A stretch of DNA of 64,000 nt from Antechinus flavipes (GCF_016432865.1 NC_067398.1:229586001-229650000), one strand, 5' to 3'. Shown: positions 40,076-53,041, counted from the first letter of the stretch. Numbers and translations: made by a program. Notes: a model not told the origin generated them from the sequence alone.

Positions 40076-43000
40076 TCCCACTATAGGTATGATTGTTTCT
40101 AAATGCAAAGAAAATCCAAAATCGGATAATAAAAAAAAAGATAAAGAGATTCCAGTATAATATATACTATATGATGGGTTTTCTCAGAAATGGAAAAGCT
40201 ATCAGTTGGTTTTGGAGAAATCAATGACTAATTCCATATGGCATGCTGTCTACATATATTTCACTGCCAAGGATCCACCCTTAAATTGGGCAATTGATCC
40301 TTATTGGGAGCATGTTTCTGGCCACCCTGAAGTACACACAAGGGAGAAGAAGGTGATCTTACCTCCCATTCCGCTAAACTTCCTCAGTGAGAACAGGCTC
40401 CTTAGGCTAATAGGTGTTAAGGGAAAGTTTAAAGCAAGATCTTAGCCAGGGATCACAACTCAGAAATATGTCATGGAGGCCATGAACTTGAATGGGAAAA
40501 ATTGTATTTATTTTTCACCAACCTCTAAATTAAAGTGAGAGTAGCAGTGAGATGGCAGTTCAAATAAAGCATTTGAGTTCAAATTTGGCCTCAGACACTT
40601 AACAATGCCTAGCTGTGTGACCCTGGACAAGTCACTTAACCCTAATTGCATCAGAGGGAAAAATAAATTAACTAATTAATTAGTTGAGGTGAGAACTAAG
40701 TACTACAACTGAAATTCAACAAATTATAGAATTCTGGTGCTCGTTGAGATTAAGAAGCCTATCCTTCCCTTCTAAAATGAGCTGTGGAAACTGTAATTCC
40801 ATTTGCAATAGCACACTTGGCAAACTGGAATTTTAAACCATAAGAACAAAAAATCCATATATATTCACCATGGTGTATGTGGGGTGGGGTGTGTGCGCGC
40901 GCGTATGGCCCATCAAAGATCACCCAGAGTTTAAGCTAAGCAATAACAATCTTCTTCTTGATAGCTATAAGAAATAAAATTTAACTTTATTTTATATGCT
41001 TTTTCTATATTTTATATGCTTTTTGGTTACTTCCTATATCACAAGTTTATTTTTCCTTTTTGATGTCAGATATTTATTATGGAGACTTGACATGGTAATA
41101 CTTGTATTTCATTAGTTTCTTTTATGTATTTAAAAACATTATTATGTATGGTAGGCTTCATGAAAGTGCCAAAGAGATGAATGCCACAAAAGCTAATTAC
41201 GTATCCCTGGCTTCTAGGAAGAAATGAGAGGTATAGCTTGAGGCCATCATCTATTGATTTATTAGTAGACTGTTAAGCCTGCCAATCTCCTGGAGAATTA
41301 ACAGCAGCAACAGCTAGTATTTATACAATGCCTACTGTGTGCCTGGCAATTGTTTAAAAAATGCTTTCTTCCTTATAACAGGAACATTCTCTTAACTCTT
41401 CTGATTACTAATCATCCAATCTTTCTGTAAGTCCCAACTAAAATCCTAGTTTCTATAGGAAGTCTTCCCCAACCTCTCAATTATGTCCTGCAAATCGTTT
41501 GTGCGTGCGTGCGTGTGTGTGTGTGTATGTATCTCTCTTCCAACTTCTTCCAACTTAAGGCGTAAGCCCCTTGAGGACACTGACTTGCCTTTTCCCTCTT
41601 TTAGTATCCCCAGTGCCTGGAACATAGTAGGTACTTAATGTTTATGGATTTAATTTTTAGGGATTATTGACTGACTGATTTTCATTTGAATCTTACAAAA
41701 ATCTGGGGAGATAAATACTGTTGTTATTCTCACTTCACAGTTGAAGAAACTGGGGTTACATTTGACTCAGGTCTTTCTTACTCTAAACCCAGAGCTCTAT
41801 TCACTATGACATTTAACAAATTTATGGGGTTAGCAAAGTACCTAAAGGATATGCAAGACAGAAAAGCATATGTATATCTGGAGTCAGCCAGATACAGAAT
41901 AGTAGGCAAGTTTCTACTCACTTAGACATGAACAAAAAGCCTATCATCAGTAAAGGAAAAACGCTTTAAATTGTGCGTCCTAATGACAGTAGAACAGTCA
42001 GTACTCTCCTTGAGTATAAAAGGTGTACATTTTGATAGAATACCCCACATTATCTGTGATACAGGGAGTATCCCTTTCCAGGACATCTAAGGGAAGCACC
42101 TGAAAGTTGTTGAGAAGTAACGATCTGGTTGAAACCAGAGTTCCTTCCTCCTTTTTACCACAAGCACCTCTCCCCGCTTCTTTTCTCCTAATATTTTAGT
42201 CACAAGGTAGCTGTTTCAGCAGCAAACTAGGAAGGGGATAATGAGCTACAGATTGAAAACATGCAATCTGCATTATTGCCAAAGATTCTGTGAAATGCTT
42301 AGAGTCCTGTAGAAATTAGGATTATAAAACATGAAAAATAAAAGTTTGGGGTAATCATGAATAGCAATTACAGTAGATGGTAAATCAGCCTCAGGGTTGC
42401 TCTATTACTTAGCTCACCCTCCATATTAATTCTTCAGGAGTGATTTCAAGTAAGAAAGCCTGAAAGAAGATAGAATTTTTTTTAAACATTAAGGAGTTGG
42501 CAGTTGTAAAACAAATTTAAGCAGCAAGCCAAAATATGTTTAAAACAATGACTACTGAGGGTGCGGTATAATGGGTGTTTATTAGTCGCAGAGTTCCAGG
42601 ATTGGAACAGTTTGGAGATAATTTGTTCTTGTACAATGAATTCAATCAATTGAAGGTTTTAAAATGGGGCCAGCTTTTTGTCTTTTTTTAAGTTGATAGA
42701 CTGAACACGTGGGACATAAATGCAAATTTCCTTCATACCAAGTGCTGAAAGAGATCAAGGGAGGTAGAAACTAAAGTAAACTTGTGAAGAGATGGATTTA
42801 AAGAACAGGATTTATTCTCATGACTCCTCTGCCCTTGCTGCCTCTTATGATCAGTAAGCTTCTAGTGCAATTCTATCCTGCCTCTGGGACAGGACCCGAC
42901 CTGAATAGGCACTTCTAAGAAGCCATGGGGCACTGAATTACCAGACCACTATATAGACAGGACAATTGGTGAACTTTGAATAGGAAACCAGGTAAATCCC

Positions 43001-43124
43001 AATGACAATTCAGAAAATAGGAAGAAATGTTCTACTGAAAATGGAAATAGGCATTATCCCACCATGTTAGGTAGGTATAAGGTGACGATTCCTCCATAAT
43101 TGGCTTTGGTATATGACTTTTAAA

Positions 43125-43860
43125 GATATTGATAAAGCAGAACTAAGAGAACATTGTACACAGTAACAAGATTATATAATGATCAACTGTGATAAATGTG
43201 GTTCTCTTCACCTTTGTATTGTTGTTAATTTGTTTGCTTATTCTTTCTTTCTCATGTTTTTTCCCCTTTTAATCTGATTTTTTTGTACAGTATGATAAAA
43301 GTTTGGAAGAATTGCACGTGTTTAACATATATGAGATTATTTGCTGTCTTGGGGAGGAGGGAAGTAAGGGAGGGAGAAAAATTTGGAATAAAAGGTTACG
43401 TAAAGGTGAATGCTGAATGAAAACTATCTTTCCATGTATTTGGAAAAATAGAATACTTTTTTAAAAAAAGTATTGATAGATAAGAAGATTAATAAACAAT
43501 CTGGGTATTAGTAAATTTGTGTCAAGAAATCGAGGACTAGGGCAGAAAGGATCCTCTAGACACAACAAAAATACATTTAGCAAAACTGTACTACTTGGTC
43601 ATGTCTCCACTCCATCTGATTATTCCTGCATTGCACCAAAAAGAATTGATAGTTTCTGAATGCAGATAGAAGTATACTATTTTCAATTTCTGTTTTTCCC
43701 TTTTGGTCTGTTTCTTTTGCAGGGTAAATAAAGAAATGCTTTACATGATTATACTTACGCAAATCAATTATCATCTTAAGGAGGAGACAATTTGGACCTC
43801 AATAAATTTTAATTAAAAATAAATGTTGAAATTGTCTTTACATGTACTTTGAAATATTTA
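43125..43860. mobile_element. Two L1 3' UTR fragments in opposite orientation (plus about 43125-43460, minus about 43575-43860)
   Basis: The plus piece ends ggtgaatgctgaatgaaaactatctttccatg; the minus piece carries cctgcattgcaccaaaaagaatt. Confidence 0.7.
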
Positions 43861-43929
43861 AAGGTTTAAAAAAAAATTCGAGTCTCCCTATTCACATTAT
43901 TTAAGGGATGAATAGAATGAATCCCACCT

Positions 43930-45340
43930 AGCTTGAAGATCAACTTTCCCGTTTGTACTTTTCTAAATGCAGCACCACAGGGCAAGTGGTAGGCCAATTT
44001 TTAGAAAGGAGGGGTGGGAGTATGATTACCAAATACACAGGTCCCTTAACAACTTCACCAGAAGTTCAACTGGTGGATTTGTAGGGGAGAAGGGGAAAGG
44101 AAAGAACACAATAAAACAATATCCTCTTTTTCTGGCAATAATAGTATTGATTCTTGGGAATCAACACCTGAATTAGAATTTTTTATGGCTTCTAAGTTAT
44201 TAAGAGTAGGAATAAATGGAAGTCCTTGAAGTTGGCTGATCTTCCCAGTATAGTTATTAGATAATACCAGTTCCTGGAAGTAAAAGAGTAAAAGAAATGT
44301 CTTCCCTAGTAATAGAGATGAAGGAAACTAGTATACTTCATAATACAAACTCCCTTTTATGGCTGGTGAAGAAGATGGATGATATCTAGTGATTGCCTAT
44401 AAATTACAGTGAGCTCATAAAATTATAGCTATTGATGTTGCCATTCTGGACTTTATTATATGGCAGACCAGATAACTCAAGTACCTGGGCAATTAGTATG
44501 AGACACCTCGCCAATGCTTTTTCCATTCTTATAACTAAAGTCAGTCAAAAGCAATTTACTTTTACTTGAGAAGGAGTCAAGTATGACTTGTTGAGCAAGG
44601 CTTTTTGAATGCTTTATTATTGCCACAATTAAATGAGAAGAGACCTGAAAGAGGCTTCTTTCCTGACAGAACTAATATAGCAGAGACCTAGACCAGATGA
44701 TTGCTCATATAAGGGACAAAATATGGGAGACAAGAACCTGGTCGTTTAGGTTTCTAGGGATTTTGTTGTGTTGTTTACTCTTTGGTTTTTTTAAGAGGAT
44801 CCCAAAATATCACTATATTGAGATAAAATATTGGATTATGTATAAACTTACTTGTGCATTGGATTGAATGAAGCACAAAATCATCAGCCTCCCTCATTGT
44901 CTTTCAGTGTCATTATACTCCAAAGGCATAACAGAAGTCCAGAAGGGAAGGAGTCAAAGCCAGACACCAAGCTCCACAGAGCCACTTCCATGGATGTAAC
45001 TCAATCTGCTGGGGAGATCTTCCAATTCTTGGAAAAGACATCTTCCTAACTCACTAATGGATTGGAGTTGGTTTTACTGGGGTGTGAACACTGCACCTAC
45101 TACAATTTCTTGGAGCTGCAAACATTTGATGGATACATTAACCAAGAAGATTTGGATAATTCTGAAGTTACCTTATCAGTTACTGATCCTTATCTCTCCA
45201 AGACGGAACCTAAGAGATTTCTTTGACCCTTCAGATTTTGGAAAATCTGTACCTCGCATACTATTTACTTCACCTGCAAGTCTACTCCCTTTGAACAGGG
45301 ATTAGAATATATTTATACTACATTAACCGAGCTCTCTTTG
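43930..45340 (+). mobile_element. Ancient class III (ERV-L-like) pol relic: RT and RNase H, many stops and frameshifts
   Basis: Decayed motifs in order: KQYPL (44115), YNSPL W.VKK.D (44340), ANAFFSI...SQKQF.FTW.G..Y (44510-44590), G.F.F...HLP.L (45015) and F..P..FG / P.EQ.L (45225-45310). Confidence 0.7.
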
Positions 45341-45884
45341 GTCCTTGTCATTATGTAATAATCAAAGCATGAACAATGGTTATTTCAAAACATTGATAAT
45401 GAAAAAGAGGTAATGAGTTCAAGATGCAGAATGGCTTCTAATGTTCAAGACAGAATAGTAAGTTAGTGGATAGTAACTGGCACAAGAATACTTCATAAAA
45501 CATTGTTTAAATGCACAGAAGACAAGAATTCAGAACCAGCCACAAAGTGCAGTTCTATTACTATTAAACACCTTGGTTTTATGTTTTCTTTTTTTTGTTT
45601 CTTGTGGGTGGCTTTTTGTATATTGAAATGTTTATGTTTGTTGGTAACTGCTAAATTCACAATAAAAAAAAAAAGACAGAAGAATCTACATTAACACTTT
45701 ATTATGTCACTACATATGGCTATCTTGTTCCCTGTTTGATATGTGTACAGGTTTTGCTGTGTTTCTTCCTCCTGTATTTCCAAATAGTAAAAGATGAAAT
45801 GAAAAGGGAAGTCATCCAGCTAAAATAATCAATACATGTTTCAAAGCCGCTTGCTCACCATCTCTGCAAAAAAAAAGAAAGTAC

Positions 45885-47190
45885 ATTTTCTCATCTCTTA
45901 GATTTGTTGTATATTTATATATATTGTTTTTCTGGTTCTGCTTCTATCACTTTTCATACTGAGTTTTCCATACTTTTTTGAGTCACCACATTCATAAATT
46001 GTTATGGCACAAATAATATTGTTACATGTATGTGTCACAGTTTTTATTTTGGAGGAGCATTTCTGAATTTTGAAATTAAGTAACACTCATTTTCTCTCCC
46101 TATTAATTTTCTTCAACTGAAAAAAAAGAATATAAATCCTAATCCTGGCCATATCCAAACATGTTTGTCCTTTCCTGAAACATGAATCCATCTCCTTTCT
46201 GTCAGGGGGTAGTGCTTCATCACTGATATTTTGGAATTATGGCTAAATAGAGTAGTTTCAGTCTCAAGATTGTTTGCCTTTACAATGTAATCACTATATA
46301 AATGGTTGCGATTCTGTTCATTTCATTTTGTATCAGTTCTTCAAGTTTTTCTGAATTTTTCTCTCACAATTATAGCATAATCCATTCAGCCACTCCCCAG
46401 CTGACTTACAAACATGTTCCTTAGTTTTCAATTCTTTATGCTATAAATATAAGTGCTATATTTTCCTCTTTTTGGGGAGTCCAGAACCAATACTTGCATG
46501 ACTAGGTTAAATGGTATTTCACATCTTTTGGATCATGTACCACACTGTTTTCCAGGATAGACTAATCCATAACTGTAGTGTTCTCTTCTTTTTTATAATA
46601 TATGATGGTTTTCTGTGGGAGCAGGTTTCTCAGGGGAGGTTCTCTAGAAGCAGCCTTAGTTTCAGTTCTGATCAATAATCACTTCAAATGCAGCCAGGAG
46701 TTAAAATCCAATTCTTTAGTGTGTCCTTCAAAGTCTTGAGCTTCAGCCCCTAGCTCCCTCTGATTGTCTCCAGCCAGCACAAAGGTGAAATATGGAATGA
46801 ATCTGTCTCCGCCTCCAAGAGTGGGCTTCTGTGTCTGGTCTGAGAGCTTCTTGCTTATATGCTGTACACTGAGTACACACCAATCATTATATCACTGGGA
46901 AACCATTATTTGTTGTAGGATTAAATCAATTCTAAACTAGATTTCAACATTGTCTCCTAAATTCCAATTAGTACCTTGTTTCAACTTCTGGCCCACAACA
47001 CCTCCTTGTAGGATCAGATCAATCATACTGAACACCATGCTAAATTAGATAATTATTGTCTCTATCAATTCTAATGACTTAAGGATTCCAACACATAACT
47101 CCATCAATTAATATACCAAACAAGTATATGTCATTTTCCTTTTTTGGTCAACTCTTATCAATCTAATAAATGTGAGGAAGCACTCCAAGA
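45885..47190 (-). mobile_element. Old L1 3' fragment split by the solo LTR
   Basis: Rejoining gactaatccataac with tccatcaatt restores the L1 minus-strand gatcagttcacaactccaccaac motif. Confidence 0.7.
46574..47093 (-). mobile_element. Solo LTR (520 nt) with perfect 6-bp TSD CATAAC
   Basis: On the minus strand it starts TGTTGGAATCCTTA and ends GAACACTACA (TG...CA). CATAAC lies at 46568-46573 and 47094-47099. It has a TATA-like CATATAA and the same 5' terminus as the LTR at 52504. Confidence 0.93.
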
Positions 47191-47269
47191 TGTTAAAAAA
47201 AAAAAAAAATTCTACTATGGCTGACAGGTTAGATGGCCTCCTTCGAAAATTCCTTATTCTTATGTCCAG

Positions 47270-47890
47270 TGGGCTATAAAATTTTGCATACCCTTTGATC
47301 CTGCAGTCTTTATATCCCAAAGAGATCATAAAAGACAAGAAAGGACCCATGTATAAAAATGTTTATAGCAGCCCTTTTTGTTTTGGCAAGAAACTGGAAA
47401 TTGAGTTGATGTTCTATAAGAAATGATGAGCAAGCTGTTTAAGAAAAACTTTGAAAGACTTACACAAATTGATCCTGTGTGAAGGACCAAGAACATTGTA
47501 CATAGTAACAAGATTATGGGATCATCAACTGTGATGAACTTGACTCTTTTCAACAATGAGGCAATTCAAGGCAAATTCCAATAGTCTTGGGATAGAAAGT
47601 GTCATCCATATCCAGAAAGAGAATTATGGAGTTCCAACTACGGATCAAAGCATAATATATTTCCTTTGTTTTCTTTTCCTCTCATTTTTTCCCCCTTTTG
47701 ATCTGATGTTTCTTGGACACCATGATGAGTATCAAGATATATTTAGAAGAACTGCACATATTTAATCTATATAGGACTATTTGCTGTTTGGGGGAGGGAG
47801 TAGGTGAGAAGAGAGCTAGAAAAATTTGGAATACAAAATATTACAAAAATGAAAACTATCTTTGTAGGTGTTTGGAAAAATAAATTACTA
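47270..47890 (+). mobile_element. L1 ORF2-end and 3' UTR fragment
   Basis: gcataccctttgatcc...cccaaagagatcataaaa...aatgtttatagcagccctttttg. Confidence 0.8.
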
Positions 47891-50800
47891 TCAAAGAAAG
47901 AAAATTGCTTGTTCATATCATTTCAGTATTTATCAACTGAATATAGCAAGTACTCTGAGATGTAATACTGCCCATTCCCAAAATAATGGTTATTTATTTC
48001 AAGCTCTTTGCTACCTCAAAAAGTGCTGCTATAAATATTGTGGTACATATGAGAGGCTTTCTGTCTTTGGTGAATATGCCTGGCAATGATATCACTAGGT
48101 CAGAAAATAAGGACTTAAATGTGTGTACATCTTCATTGTACATTAGATTGCAGGCTCCTTATAAGAACTATACCTTATATTTCTTTTGTGCCTTAGTGCT
48201 AAGCATAAAGTCCAACAAATATTTATTGCTTGAGTGATTGATACTAAAAAAAGCCTGGTTTTATGATACCCTCAACAGACAAAAACAGTATGATCTAGGG
48301 AGTCCTGATAAAAGACCCTTTTTGGTAATCTACAGGATCAGTACAGGTGATAAAATGTAGCCTCTTCCCACACTCATCTTTTCTTTGAATTTTAAATGTC
48401 AAGTGCTAGGGGGAAAAAACAAAACAGAACAGTGAGCTGAGTAACTTAACAGCAGTTACTTAATCTATATAAGCCTTCACTTTTACATCTATAAAGACTT
48501 GAAATGAATGGGAGGAAGGGAAGGAGTATGAAAGGGGGAAATAAGCTTCCTTTGTCTTAGATTAACTCACAACCCCAAAAAACTGACATCACAGAACCTA
48601 ATATTCTAGCATTTGTAATTCCTAATTTGAGGTGGCACTAGGATCCAATTGTGATGTGTTTAAGAATATATTTACACAGGATGCTCTAAGATTGGGTCCT
48701 TCTCTTATACATTTATCACATTCTAATGTATGTGTGAAACTAAATGAAAGAAAGGGATTATCTCATATTTATTTTAATATTTCCATAACAACCACAGTGT
48801 ATCACATAGCACATAATATTCACTGAATGAATAAATGTCAATTTAATAACATCACAGTGCATTGTACATAGTACAGATTAGCAAAAAAAAATGTTTGGGG
48901 GGAATATAAGTTATTTTGAGACCCAGGAAAACAGTAGACAAACAAAAAATGGCACCAAAGAAAAAGAGGCAATTTTATAGTTTGTCAGTCTTGAGCTAAG
49001 ACTAGCTACCTGATCATCACTAACTGTTCTTCAGAGACTTTAACTCCATATGAATTCTGATTCTTTTTTTCTTATCTCTACCTCTTAGAACACCTAGATT
49101 CCTTCATTTCAAGTTCAGTTCAAGGGCTATCTTATATTGCTTTTCCTGTAGCTTAGCTGCTGATATTTTGTATTTACTTTATACTTACTCTCTGTATATG
49201 TGTGTGTATGTATGTGTATGTCTATAAACACACACACAACATACATTATTTACCCATATGAATTTCTTGAGGGAAGGAATCATTTTATTTTTGTCTTTGC
49301 ACCACTAATGTACAAATAGTGCCTAAAATAGCAGGCATTAGTAGGCATGGTGCATTTCAGATGCTTAATAAATGAATAATAATAAATAAACAAACTATAT
49401 CTAGAAGAGAGAAAATGTTGTCTCAATGGTGTCCACCATGGGATTCTGCTGGCTGCAGTTCTCAGACCCCAGAAGTATTTATTTTAAGCTTCTATTGCTT
49501 AAATATATGCAACAAGGCAGCTGAAACCATCTGGAGGTTGTTATGTAAGCAGAAGATAAATGCTCAATGTGACCCTTATCAGAACAATCCCATTAACTTG
49601 GTGGCATTCAAGTATAATTTTATGTTACATATAAGGAGAAATAAGAAATTTATCAGCAGGGATTTTGAGTCATACAAGTGATGAGGATACACAGGAAATG
49701 GGACAATGTGTGATAAGTAGATAGAAAAGGAAAACATCACACTAATCCATGCTTTGTCAGCTATTAGGTAGGGATGTAAGTGCCGTTTTAAGCTGGAGAT
49801 AGGATGAACGGTGCCAGCAGCTTTACCTTCAAGAGTAAACCTTTGTAATGGAAACAAAAATGAAATTTTTCTCTGGGTCTAAAAAGGAAATTTCCATTCT
49901 GGCTATAGGATCATCTCCCTAGAATCCAAGGAAGTCTTTGGGAACTCTTCTCTGCAAGGGACTTTGGGGTGGAGTCAGTTTGTTCTTTGGAAACAAAGGT
50001 CAATCTCTTCCCACATCCAGAGAGTCTCAGGAGAGTGTTAATTTTGAAGGACAGTATATCATGTAAAATCATCATGGTGTAATGGAAGAAAGAAATGAAT
50101 TTAGAAGCATAAAACTTGGTTTTCTGATTCAGTCTCTGCTACTTACTTGAACACAAAACTGACAATTTCAACTGCACAAAATTTAATGTTTTGCAGAAAT
50201 AAAATTAGAGCAAAAAAAAAAAAAGAATCTGATGATTCTCTTTCTGAATGGGGAAAAAAACTTTGCATCATAATTTGCAACTTTAAATCTACAACCCTAT
50301 GATTACTGATTAAAATTCTCTTACCCATATTAGATAGCAAATTGATACATACATATTTAAATAGGCATTCACCAAAAGAAGGCCTAGAATATGAATCTTT
50401 TCAAAAGAACAAAAGCCACTAATCATTTGGGGGAAAAAAACTTTGAATCACTAATAATTAGAATAATGCACATTAAGTCAACTCTGTGGTTTCACTTCAC
50501 ATCAGTAAAACAGATCCAACAATTACCAGCAGGTCTCTGAGAAAACTGCAGCACAATGTCACTGAACCAAGCTTACAAAACAGAATCATGTTGTGTCCAA
50601 CCCCATTTTGGATTTTCTTGGCAAAAGCTACTAGAGTGGTTTTCAATTTCCTACCTTAACACTTTTTTATAGATAAGTAAACTCATGCCAATAAAACTAA
50701 GTTATTTTCTCAGGGTCACACATCTAATAAGTGTCTGAGTCCAGATCTGAAATCAAGAAAGAGTCTTTCTGATTCTAAGTCAAGTAATCTGCTCACTATA

Positions 50801-51094
50801 CCTCTTAGCCGCCTATGGAATTACCTTACACTAAAAAGCTAAGGTCTCATTACTGGGGTAAGGCTAACTGGAAGAGTACTAAAGCATGAGAGCATACAAG
50901 ATACTGTTGAGTGACTTCTATTACCCTAAAATTAAGAAGATGGGGATAGTACAGAAAGTAGAGTATCTTCTGTTGAAGATGTTGAAGATGGCCACTAAAT
51001 TTTCACTTTGACGTGTTTGAAAAAGAGCTTAAGATTCAGAATTAGAGATCAGAAGAAAAATTACGAGAGGATAAATAGAATAGGGAATTATCAG

Positions 51095-51400
51095 CAAAGC
51101 TAGGTGGTGCAGAGGATAGAACAAAACTTCTTAAGCAATGGGTTGCAATCCACATGGGGTCACATTACTGAATGTAGAGGCCATGAAATTATGATTTAAT
51201 ATCAGTATTGTCAGTAAATGTTTGATTTGTATAATTGTTTTATATGTGTATATCTATGGGGTTATGTAAAAAATTTTAGATAAAAAGGGGTTGTGAGTGG
51301 AAAAAGTTTTAAGAAGCCCTGGAATAGGACTGTAAAACCAAATTCAAATCTGGCCTCAGATATTGTACTTGGCAAATTACTTAACCCTGGCTGCCTCAAA
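51095..51400 (+). mobile_element. tRNA-derived SINE split by the MITE
   Basis: The head gctaggtggtgcagaggataga precedes the MITE; ttcaaatctggcctcaga...ggcaaattacttaaccc...gcctcaaaaaaa follows it. Confidence 0.7.
51122..51321. mobile_element. Non-autonomous hAT (Charlie-type) MITE of 200 nt
   Basis: Imperfect TIRs caaaacttcttaa ... ttaagaagccctg. The 8-bp flanks ggatagaa and gaatagga match at 6/8 and have a central TA, as Charlie-type target sites do. Confidence 0.7.
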
Positions 51401-51449
51401 AAAATCTACAAGAAAATTAAAAATTAAAAATTAAAGTCCTTGGGAGTTG

Positions 51450-51770
51450 ATTAGATCAACAAATGTAGTATAGAGGGAGAGAAAAGAAGAGTAATAATAT
51501 GAGAAGAGAAGAGAAAAAGGACAGAGGCCTGTGGAATACCAGTAGTTAAAGAATGTAATTGAGAGGAAGATCTAGTAAACAAGATGGTGAAATTATATGA
51601 CAAATAGGTGAGAAACCAGGAGAATAGTGTCCTGAATGCTCCAAAGAGATTGAAGAGAATGACTAAAAAAGGCCATTGGATTTGGCAAATGTCTGCTGAT
51701 AACTTTGGAGAGAACAAATTTAGTGGAATGATGAAGTTGAAAGCTGAAAGAGGTTAGAAAGAAAGGAGAA
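51450..51770 (-). mobile_element. L2 ORF2 relic
   Basis: gaatgactaaaaaaggccattggatttggcaaat is the reverse complement of the L2 ..AKSNG.FSV segment. Confidence 0.6.
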
Positions 51771-52135
51771 AATAAAAATAGCTGTCATAACTAGCCCTTT
51801 TTGTAGACCTTTTACCTTCCTAAGCTACCCTGAGCTAGAAAATGACTCATAGTGATTTTTAATTGGCTTTTCTTCAAAGAATTCCACTTGGGGGTATGTT
51901 TTGGAGGCAGTTTGTTGGGAGAGCTTGTCAAAAAAAATTGCTTTTACTATTCCATCTTGCCTTTTCTCTTCCTTTTGGAGGAATTTGTCCACAAAGGGCA
52001 CATGAGATTCAGAATAATAAACAATAAAAATAGATTAAGTATCAAATGGGGGCTTTAAAATAAAAGAGGGAGGAGATACAGGTATGTTTGTATGTAGTAG
52101 GGAAGGAGTCAGTCTCAGACTGAAAATAAAAGACA

Positions 52136-52255
52136 GGGGGTTAGTCATTTGGTATAGTGGATACAGCACCAGTCCTGAAATCAGGAGGACTTGAGTTCAA
52201 TTCTGATCTCAGCCACTTCCTAGCTGTGTGACCCTGGGCAAGTCACTTGACTCCA
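52136..52255 (+). mobile_element. WSINE1-like SINE
   Basis: gtggatacagcaccagtcctgaaatcaggaggacttgagttcaa...ctagctgtgtgaccctgggcaagtcactt. Confidence 0.85.
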
Positions 52256-52503
52256 AAATCAATTAATTAAGTGAAAGACAGAAAGGGGATGACAGAATAG
52301 AGATTCTTTTGGAAGAGATGGCATGGAATAGAATCACTTGTGAAGATAATGTATGGTAAAGTGGCTTTGGTCTTCATATGGGACTGGAGTGAAAGAGGAA
52401 ATAGTAGCAGAAAGTACATGAAAGGAGATGAGAAAAGAGTCTAGTGAATAGTGTCAGTTTTTTCTGTAAAATATGAGATAATGTTATCATCTGAAAAGGT
52501 AAG

Positions 52504-53020
52504 TGTTGGAATCCTTACTAACTGCTAACTAATTAGAGTTGATCTAATCTTACAAGAAGATGTTTTGGCCAGAACCTGAAACTAGGTACTAAGTAGAACT
52601 AATCAATACAAGGCTTGTGTTCACACCTTTACTCATTGGAGTTCAATGAGTTCATACCTCCCTTGAAGCTCTTTGGGCCAGAGAGCACTATGGGAGAAAA
52701 CCCATAATCCCTCTCTCTGGAAGGGGCATAAATAGGCCAATGGGCCAGTCGAAGAAAGTTCTTCAGAGGAAGACGCTACAAGTCGAGATTTCACCGGAAT
52801 GACATGAAGACTGGAGCTGGCTGGAGGCTGAAGAAAGCAGAGGCAGAGGCTGAAGGACCAGACCTTTGGATTTAAAGACATTTGGAGAGAGCTCTTGGAA
52901 CCAAGCAGAGAGATAGGCCGAACAGGGACCGACAAAATCCTGATTCCAGGGAAGGCACCCAGAGAGAACTTTTATAATATTTTATAGAAGAACAAGAACC
53001 CCACATTTGAGATCACAACA
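52504..53020 (+). mobile_element. 5' LTR of a betaretrovirus-like (class II) ERV
   Basis: Starts TGTTGGAATCCTTAC and ends ...ATCACAACA just before the PBS. TATA-like CATAAATA at 52727-52734. Related to the solo LTR at 46574. Confidence 0.9.
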
Positions 53021-53023
53021 TTT

Positions 53024-53041
53024 TGGCGCCCAACGTGGGGC
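53024..53041 (+). promoter_or_regulatory. Primer-binding site for tRNA-Lys1,2 (CUU)
   Basis: TGGCGCCCAACGTGGGGC is the exact 18-nt complement of the tRNA-Lys(CUU) 3' end. Confidence 0.97.
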
